DNA from: a virus
Virus record (IMG/VR): IMGVR_UViG_3300033182_001206
Span: 6,408 to 70,407 of that record
Direction: 5' to 3' (one strand)
DNA: 64,000 bases
Shown one piece after another: positions 59,401 through 64,000 of the stretch. Numbering within the stretch: position 1 is the stretch's first letter; each line of letters starts with the position of its first letter. Below the pieces are notes generated by a model. It made no database searches and was not told the origin of the DNA. It saw nothing but the letters and a program-made list of their open reading frames with translations. Position numbers and translations under genes: made by a program.

Positions 59401-62400
59401 TTTTGCCACAGTAGCATTCCACTGGTTGAATATCTAAACTTGTTGTCTTTGCCAATATTCATTTGACGCAGTGTTTCGTTGAACAACTCTCTTGTGGTTG
59501 TATAATCTTTTTCGCCGTTCACTTGACGAGCTTTGTTTACCAGTCTAGCTTTGAAACGATCGTATTCGTTCATCAAACTGCGAACTGCACGTATCACATT
59601 GTTGCTGTCGTCTGTGATATACGGAGCAACACTGCGGCTGTTTCTATGATAGAATACTGTACCGCCATAGTGATGATCTTTACTGCTGATATAGTAGTCG
59701 TTCAACCCAATCTGTGTTTCATAGAAATGCGGCAGTGTTTGAATTTTGTTTGTAAAGTGTGCCAGTAGATTGCTGTAGGTGTGATCTTCAATTTCTTTGT
59801 TGAATGGGTTGTTGGCAAATGCAGGACTTACCACATAGTTTCCTCTGTAGTTGTCTGTGTTTGGAATATAACGCACTTCGACATTGTCGCCGACCTTTAC
59901 ACCTCTCACCAACAGCTCGTCAGCAAACAATTCATAATCGTCTGTGATGTTGTCATTGTGATACACAATAAAGTTGTAGCTTGCTGGCAAGTTGTTGGCA
60001 CTGTCTCTCATGTCTACAATTCTAACACGACCTTGAATGCTGCTGTCGCTGGCACTGGTGTACAAGAACACTGGATCATAGTTGCTGCTGTCTGCATCAA
60101 TTTCCACACTGAGTGTGTCGCCATTGTCTGTTACTGTAACACCTGGTGCGGCAGTGCTGGCATCAATCTCTTTGACAAATTGCAAATCGGGTGTTATACT
60201 GTCTACACGGAAAGTTGCTGTTGTGCCTGCATATAGGTAAATGTCTGGATTCTGACTTGGCAACTTCTTGAGCAATTTGTTGTTGCTCCACACTTGGTTA
60301 TAAACAGTGAAACGGTCATTTGTCATAAACATGTGGAAGAACTGGCCGTGCTGTGCAATTTGATTACGACCAATGTTTTCAAATGTATAGGTTTTGCCAC
60401 TGGTTACAGTTGCAAAGTCACTGACATAGTTTGTTTTGTCTATATCTGAAATCTCTTGCCAGCCTGTGCTGAACACACAACTGTTGTCGGTGCGTGTAGT
60501 GCTGGTTTTGAACTTGAGTTCACCTTTGATTTGTTTTGGACTTGAACTCAAATCGTAGCTGTACACAGCATAGGTAATTGGCGATGTAAACATTGCTTCG
60601 CTGGCACCAATGCCGCTTTTGTATTTCACACGGATACCAATTTCTTGATCTATAGTTGCACCTGTGTTGGTTAGATATTCAAATATACTGTTACCGTTGA
60701 AATCTGTGCTGTCATAGCTGCTCAATGCTACACTGTCTTCGTCGTATAAATCAAAAAGTGGTGCTTGTCCTCTGTATGTTTTCTGCGGAGGTAAATTCCA
60801 CTTGTCATCATGCCAAACCAATTCAGCTGCTTGATAGTCCACAGGATATCTTGGACCAAACTTGATGTGTACTTTATCGTTTGTTTGTGGATCTAGTATT
60901 TCGTTTAGTGTAATGCTGCCTGCTTCTACTCCACCTACACGATACACACGGTTATTGCTGCTGCCGCCGACTCCAAGGAAAAATACTACATCTCCATCTT
61001 GCAATGTTACATCGTAGATTCTTTTCCAATTTTTTGTGTCTGGTGTAGCTGTATCAAAGTCATATGGTTTTCTATTTGTGCTGTTGGTTACTGCTTCAAA
61101 ATAATAAAAGCCTGTGCCAATGGCCAGCTTTACTCTGTCGCCTGCATTGTATTCTGTGCTGCTGCTCCACAGTGCAACATTCTGTAACCAACTGTAAGTG
61201 GTTTCGCCTACAATGTCTGCACTTGTAACTGTGTCAAACATAAAGTCTACATAGTATTGATGTAGAGGGAACTTCTGTGTGTTGTCAGGTTCAATGCCAT
61301 GATCATACAGCACTAGATCTTTTTCAAATTCAATGATAGGACGCTTTGCACGTAGCTCTGGAGTAATATAATCAGTTACATCCAAATCCAGTATTGTACA
61401 AACACTGGTGATTGCACTTTCATGATACCATTGATTCACACGACTGTATGCATTGTGATCTTTTGCTCCACGTTCCATAACCACATATTCAGGTTTTAGG
61501 TTTGTTGCTCTACTGGTATCCCAAGGATGCGAATCCCAAGGTTCGCTGTCCCAAGGAACTGGAATAAATGGTGTATACACAACCTGTCTGCTGAGCACAC
61601 GCTTTCCAAAACTGTCTACCAACTTGGTAAAGTAAATGTTTTTTCCAACACCGTCGACAATATAAGTGCTATCCAAATAGTCCGTGTTGGACAAGTTGTG
61701 ATATTCGACAGCAATAGTAGCACCATTGGCAGGTGCAGTGGTAAACGTAATAGTTTCTGCGCCAGTGTCTATGGTATAACCAGTGGCTGCTTGAACAGTG
61801 CCGTCAATTTTTACAACAGTGATTGCACCTGTTCCGTCTGTGCTGAACACTGTTTCTGTGCCATCGCCTGTGTGAATATCCACACTCAGTGGAACAAATC
61901 TAATTCTAAATCCATTCAGTAGATCAATTGTGCCTAGATCAGTTGTGACAATTTTATGTCTTGCTAGTCCAATGATATCATCCGGATCAAATGCTGCATT
62001 TGGTTTGATATTGATTGTAGGCAAATCATATGCATGCCAATAATAGTTTTTGTAATTTGCAAATTTGTCGTTATCAATTGGTGGCGAATATGTGTATGTT
62101 TCTTTGTAGCTGAGATTGTTGTTGCCAATACCTCTGCTGGCATCGCCTATGTTTTGAAGATTTTTCTTGAAATCATAAAAAGTATAAGCACGTTCTGCTG
62201 TGCCGTCACCGCGATTTTTTACAAATGCAGGTGCACCATTGTAGTGCAGTTTTTCTGCATTGTCAGTTGGCAAAAACTTGTCAACTGCACTGTTGTAGTT
62301 GTCTCCAGTTTTTTGTCCAACATAGTGATCCAATGTTACCAAACTGCTGCTGCTCAGCATTAGATCCAGTGTGCTGTCCAAAAAACGTTTGGCAATGTCA

Positions 62401-62513
62401 GTTTGTAGATACTGAGGTAGATAGTCGCTGGCACTCAGCGAATCCGGTCTTTTTTGACTGCCAGGTTGATTACCTTCTAGTACTGCAAATGGTTTTGCAC
62501 TATATTCAGACAT
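50469..62513 (-). CDS. Giant (4014 aa) baseplate wedge/tail-associated multidomain protein (gp7-like position)
   Basis: 12045-nt open frame directly downstream of the gp6-like gene; CBM5/12-like W..Y..D.V motifs, Gly-rich GGNGSGA segment, Thr/Asn/Ala repeats, C-terminal YHYH-like domain. Confidence 0.8.
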   Translation of the reverse strand: MSEYSAKPFAVLEGNQPGSQKRPDSLSASDYLPQYLQTDIAKRFLDSTLDLMLSSSSLVTLDHYVGQKTGDNYNSAVDKFLPTDNAEKLHYNGAPAFVKNRGDGTAERAYTFYDFKKNLQNIGDASRGIGNNNLSYKETYTYSPPIDNDKFANYKNYYWHAYDLPTINIKPNAAFDPDDIIGLARHKIVTTDLGTIDLLNGFRIRFVPLSVDIHTGDGTETVFSTDGTGAITVVKIDGTVQAATGYTIDTGAETITFTTAPANGATIAVEYHNLSNTDYLDSTYIVDGVGKNIYFTKLVDSFGKRVLSRQVVYTPFIPVPWDSEPWDSHPWDTSRATNLKPEYVVMERGAKDHNAYSRVNQWYHESAITSVCTILDLDVTDYITPELRAKRPIIEFEKDLVLYDHGIEPDNTQKFPLHQYYVDFMFDTVTSADIVGETTYSWLQNVALWSSSTEYNAGDRVKLAIGTGFYYFEAVTNSTNRKPYDFDTATPDTKNWKRIYDVTLQDGDVVFFLGVGGSSNNRVYRVGGVEAGSITLNEILDPQTNDKVHIKFGPRYPVDYQAAELVWHDDKWNLPPQKTYRGQAPLFDLYDEDSVALSSYDSTDFNGNSIFEYLTNTGATIDQEIGIRVKYKSGIGASEAMFTSPITYAVYSYDLSSSPKQIKGELKFKTSTTRTDNSCVFSTGWQEISDIDKTNYVSDFATVTSGKTYTFENIGRNQIAQHGQFFHMFMTNDRFTVYNQVWSNNKLLKKLPSQNPDIYLYAGTTATFRVDSITPDLQFVKEIDASTAAPGVTVTDNGDTLSVEIDADSSNYDPVFLYTSASDSSIQGRVRIVDMRDSANNLPASYNFIVYHNDNITDDYELFADELLVRGVKVGDNVEVRYIPNTDNYRGNYVVSPAFANNPFNKEIEDHTYSNLLAHFTNKIQTLPHFYETQIGLNDYYISSKDHHYGGTVFYHRNSRSVAPYITDDSNNVIRAVRSLMNEYDRFKARLVNKARQVNGEKDYTTTRELFNETLRQMNIGKDNKFRYSTSGMLLWQNAKTKTFTITQEQIDNGISNLEFALDYNISSNSFTGLHDHAYVYLKQYVSGVSKYETRLLTKDLHYTVDTNLISLTSDLTSIDPGTGVAELIVDYYYWDQPSFVPPSSVKLHLAKPQRPYVSGTTLYGHDGAQHTVGTSTNTCHPELENYDIERAILFELETRVWQSVETNHYDDYHTNIQTLIPTYHDIQLEWKTKRSKWVANYKKSFDYWISSTGRSQPSFKNSDATKNYNHITVRGEKLPGTEDKVIEYYTGTATPLTTPWEMLGYVEKPSWWDEKYSWTDATKRTALLAALTSGLVSNPDNADIVNIAHRPDQDLGALIDSSGVQTDIETAWSVGTGSTTNAFVFGDGYSSQEQQLEKTSAYPFVLLETLLRTDAQHTWSMYVDPSSINVTDVRNIKTLVNKKTRRHSSIQDPVYGSPIPRGTIVEVRVISEGKNYDSNTTAIIQGDGKHAEIALRIMDGKIKGASVTKGGYGFVKTPVVEFDDPGGNGSGAKIELDIQEDLKFRTSGCDAIVWYSNNNSQQSKNNHNLNQLMSVQPAINVEGYTDKNLIKIRLPGSSTSKPYTISDNDLQVMLHKSHNTDSFNFSSVRVTRTSAGWKADGFVHDPKEFAYVTPAQSSASRKKLSGTREITYYTEYDTKATTLQYGTVFSNLQELSNFFAGYLAYLEQKRFVTWDHSDEVTNLLDWAALAKVGDDRVFATAKELQVENQDHYFLDNIRATNYHDVLVNDTAEDSLSRAIGITEVKVDRHSNNTVIRTVDSENIVRVNLNFVEYEHLLVLNNHTAFGDIVYSTDLGLKNKKYKLEGRKTSYWTGRPSTKGYLVNDTGLTTNFETSVAEVERDTFSIDSNMLNNEKRKTALTNIGYNKPEWAEHMPISDDNAFDHYKTALPTKGTKENLTSLARNDKLVNHSTDSFEINEEWLVKSSDFASDSISYIEFEFDSDQAVVNPQGIGFTEDGRVDQSVDDTILYNVRDKRLVTPLSSKNVFTLGSNYYNQTDSTFDEFEDWLKVAGYPLMTETDIRLLNVADIASIYDSSKEYAQIELWRKDISYKRDERVRYADRVWQCAVNSTGFETTREPIVWHGTVTSPIVASGGTLVIDGVTVNLTNTVTSTSYDPIVINSIENPVVNGGDTLIVDNVTVTFAKTVTTTTYPNFSVNGTIANFTIPDDATDRTLIIQGTTVNFDGATAYDVDAVVQAINDASIANIAASNVSDQLVITRSGRTASDKDLVIGAGTANSIVGLTAGTTTGSEVINTNNAAQLTNTEIVNQINNTLELAALPIVAALNSNRVRLTKTATVNDPNMTLSGTAVSDLGNEFVTGTINGVATTVSSTASLDVILVAEAINDADITGITATVINNRIVISSTNSTAILNNTPAANTLGIATNTLGVTRSAATGVISNTFDENEWQEINEPLLEYIWVADDNALPYSTIGTQIQGRFNSWNVLKVMDLNLYAIRVCGATLTSTGNDAEIVTNKAHNLQVGDYVMLLNSNSYPRIDGVHKITELDSTKPNAFFIDEYIETEGNYTKVLVIRPMRFSTTAQRDLAYANAGYNFEVGDLVWVDSVNDGFAVFAKDTNDDWATERTQSDYHVSQSTINSAILHNGERRLLSAEVYDPMKGIIPGLADADIDFKDVNDPAIYTNSSDLNASLDDAQSWARDKIGTVWWDTSNAIYIDYEQSTIEYRTKHWGELFEGASIDIYEWTKSSSTPDQWFKQVVGGAELDGEAASGEAYYQMVNGEAVYYYTESNEYDNATNTEKTFYYFWVKNKVTIPSVQNRRTSVLQLTNLISDPTAQNINWIAATGKDSFIASNVENSANKDTFLQIKIKSTEGNTHSHWHGIVENKSAIPEYYHRRLTDSITGRNRNRMQHTFKNQWDAATAYSKDDVVYADSLYPPIKVTVAAKTTDNHNYGRGATDGFFFNGTDDEAHTVFTFQRDRTYIFDQTDSSNLQALTIQTEYEGMYRGFSPLTTELEYFVNGVSVTVTDYQAAVENVYNFDDLHMIFTPTKDTPTNLYIGSRSGGRKMGNRCYVIDSEKEEKAYYQCLTANTGVYPQISRSTWRRVWNVKDEDAVEQTIQLDVPKSVPDYNLHPLDLIGESVRPSRTWFGFKQDARKEVFVKLNNMLINTPLLDLKPDYADLLEKAVTVHAKDYTITDWYQLVDYVSKDYDQFRNPNRTIDRISPDLTSRTSTQLVGEYDGEYVLAKNVLHADGIRRDSVYQYDAGDDVWNLVYKEKGTIKFNSFIWDSFGGGYGFDTSAWDNGGFDADPIVEIDKLLDILYNDLLTDSDYNRIWFAAIYNAIQYSNNDSWLMKSSYIVPQLEREVTTDGSIPYDSFAALNSYIDQNKPYSAKTDHSADGKSKFVEANTVTDSTGLVITDSYKQQITLKENQYLANTFTENQGETGITIGDQNDQNNVAVVNHPLTFADVQREYVDDNGDTYLVRREPVFTTWKTDNTAIVTSNTAEPHNEQLIDVKRNVSSVAWDRDYVYIRTSGVSAASGGPRDVVAPEAEDLATDQTPANAAHYNWKIPAEPVQNTAANKTSRAYGPIGVFTNGVTLKSPRDKEEVANGYYRNEARLRADFMDANNGTVWCSIGDYEPPVAGVYYHYDLPNEYKVEGAADEHSPIIGWALDGYPIYGPHAYTNTDGTGAITRMTSSYTLRSGARPGAGSPSGNHNGDYTADYEYTSGHGTLDEHNGRYCVTPEFPDGTYAYFATPTEYPYFIGDTFRGVVSGEHRYEKNKTIEPYLPNIWKLDGAHTVTLSSSFADADDDLDYVYNAQTFLNRFEQHGRNQYFAEVVERLQLRVQTNTSGDNVGPNSRSWIYFQDNVGNIISTVAKNSSKDTTSDAVTREAKEIPVSNIGRFYDPGQNVGQLGAAEPGYAWIGNELIKYHAIANNNLIGCERGWHGTTAQAHSSGTVMFDASYVARVPVPRQLHSYGDALILMYNDDGVSITNSAPATSFEARIIRAGGRGEIF
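55188..56160 (-). repeat. Three degenerate protein-level repeats nested inside the giant protein
   Basis: TLVIDGVTVNL / TLIVDNVTVTF / TLIIQGTTVNF, followed by VVQAIND / IVNQINN / VAEAIND. Confidence 0.7.
61516..61560 (-). repeat. 15-bp-period triple repeat encoding PWDSEPWDSHPWD
   Basis: TCCCAAGG at 61519, 61534 and 61549 on the + strand. Confidence 0.85.
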
Positions 62514-64000
62514 TAGCTACCTCCAACTAAACCAGTACCGCCTGTACTAGATGTATATATTCCTGTCTCAGCACGTCTACTTGTTTCTCCAATTAGCTGT
62601 CCTGAATCAGTTGCCTTCAAATTTGTTCTTGTTAGATTGTCCACAATATCAATGTGTCCTACATTGGCGCCATTGATAAAGATTTCATCGCTGCTTGATT
62701 TGATTTGGAACAAGCTGCCAAATACACTTTCGCTATCCTGTGGCACAATAACAAAACTTGCCACAACACCAACCAACTGTTGGTGAATATAAGCACTCAA
62801 CTCTGTAAAGTAGAATGTTTCTCCAAAGTCCCAGTTGTTTGGATCAAAGTAATCATTGATAGCATTTATAACACGACTTTTGATTTCTGTTTCTGTCAAT
62901 CCGTTGCCGGGTACTTGTACAATGCGGAATGTTGCACGTAGGCTACTGTCCGCTGTGTCGCCAAACAGTATGCGATATTTCACTGGACGATACACTATTG
63001 TATCACTTGCACTTTTCTTGCTGTCCAGTGTACTAAACTGTCTACGTAGATCGTCTGTGCTTGGTGTCAATGGTTTGGTAACACTGCGTCCATCACTTAC
63101 CAACCAAGTGTTGAATTCATTGTGATAAGTTTGTGTCAATACAAAAATATCAATGATATTGCTGCTGCTTGGATCAAGACGTTTGTTGATTGTTGCAACA
63201 TGATCGTATTTGAAATTTAACTTGGTGCGGCCAGTGACTGTTCTGCTGCCTGTGGTGCTGTATCTTTCATATGTGTAGCCATTTTCTACTACATCACCAA
63301 TGGTGATTGTCTCTGTGCCTGTGATGTTTGTGTATGCACTGGGATTGTCTGGTAGGTTGTTGTTGTCTGGGTTGCCCAAGCTCAACAATACTTTTCTACC
63401 ATCTGCATGCCCGTCACTTTCAAACACATTTGCATATGTATTGAACTTGTACCATTTTTTCAATTTGGCATAGCTGTTGTTTGGACGATTGTTGTTGGCC
63501 AATATTGTGATGCTGTCTCGCTTTGGTTTACCAGTAACTGGATCCAATCTAGCATCGTCGTTTGCAATGTAAAATTGTGTACTGCCTGCGCTTTCAAAAA
63601 CAAATCTAACTATACGACTGATGATTGTGCGTCTACCTTTGTTGTAGTTTACACGAATAATCCAACTCTGATCGTTGTTTAGGTTGTTGCTGGCACCAGC
63701 ATTTGCCAAACTAAAGTTGTCTGTGCTGTTGTTTGCTTTGCTGTTTACTGGAATGTTGTTGCTGTCAATTACGTGCCATGTGCTGTTTAGTACATCGTAA
63801 CGCAATCCAAATCCTTGATTCAATGCAAGTGCATCAGCAATCTTGTTTTTTTCTGATTCAGTGAATACTGTATTCCATGCACCGTGTACACTTGCTAATC
63901 TTGCTGCACTGGGCACTTCTTTGTTCAATCCAATTGCACCCAATCCAATGTCTGTAACACCTGTGCTGTTACCGTTTGGATCATCTACACCCAATCCATC
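62513..64000 (-). CDS. Baseplate wedge subunit (gp6-like), C-terminal part; gene begins beyond the window
   Basis: Frame open to the window end; DPSSSNIIDIFVLT, YRPVKYRILFG, AINDYF..WDFGETFYFTELSAYIH. Confidence 0.7.
   Translation of the reverse strand, partial: DGLGVDDPNGNSTGVTDIGLGAIGLNKEVPSAARLASVHGAWNTVFTESEKNKIADALALNQGFGLRYDVLNSTWHVIDSNNIPVNSKANNSTDNFSLANAGASNNLNNDQSWIIRVNYNKGRRTIISRIVRFVFESAGSTQFYIANDDARLDPVTGKPKRDSITILANNNRPNNSYAKLKKWYKFNTYANVFESDGHADGRKVLLSLGNPDNNNLPDNPSAYTNITGTETITIGDVVENGYTYERYSTTGSRTVTGRTKLNFKYDHVATINKRLDPSSSNIIDIFVLTQTYHNEFNTWLVSDGRSVTKPLTPSTDDLRRQFSTLDSKKSASDTIVYRPVKYRILFGDTADSSLRATFRIVQVPGNGLTETEIKSRVINAINDYFDPNNWDFGETFYFTELSAYIHQQLVGVVASFVIVPQDSESVFGSLFQIKSSSDEIFINGANVGHIDIVDNLTRTNLKATDSGQLIGETSRRAETGIYTSSTGGTGLVGGS

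Noticed and set aside
50469-62513. Intein, intron or assembly chimera explaining the 12-kb ORF
   Set aside because: No intein splice motifs or homing-endonuclease signature seen; the frame is continuous with uniform structural-protein composition
1-64000. tRNA, rRNA, CRISPR array, integrase/transposase, DGR
   Set aside because: No intergenic space above about 65 nt, no cloverleaf or repeat-spacer pattern, and no RT or recombinase motifs noticed by eye
1-64000. Stop-codon reassignment (alternative genetic code)
   Set aside because: The standard code gives near-complete coding density with coupled genes ending in TAA, TGA and TAG
1-64000. Bacterial capsule/O-antigen locus or eukaryotic giant-virus origin
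   Set aside because: No flippase, polymerase or ABC export genes; contiguous baseplate genes, SD sites, sigma70 and T4-late-like motifs indicate a bacteriophage
1-64000. Impression that GATC sites are frequent
   Set aside because: Not quantified; it would need an observed/expected tetranucleotide calculation, so no claim is made

Overview
The window is a segment of a large, AT-rich, gene-dense T4-like (myovirus-type) bacteriophage genome. Host and exact taxon cannot be assigned from the sequence. The right ~16 kb (47585-64000, minus strand) is a virion module: the C-terminal part of a gp6-like baseplate wedge gene, a 4014-aa multidomain baseplate/tail protein, and three smaller tail/baseplate proteins. 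Directly downstream, the left ~47.5 kb is an almost continuous island of about 60 genes dominated by tailoring enzymes. These include 5 radical SAM enzymes (one split), about 8 SAM methyltransferases, 5 sulfotransferase-like proteins, about 9 glycosyltransferase-like proteins, 3 Fe(II)/2OG oxygenases, NDP-sugar enzymes, a carbamoyltransferase, an AsnB-like ligase, a GNAT, a fatty-acid desaturase, and several paralogous families of unknown function. I saw no tRNA, rRNA, CRISPR array, integrase, intron or intein. Product calls rest on motifs read by eye, not database searches. The leading hypothesis (inference) is a phage-encoded system that builds a heavily decorated glycan and/or post-translational modifications for the virion or the host surface.
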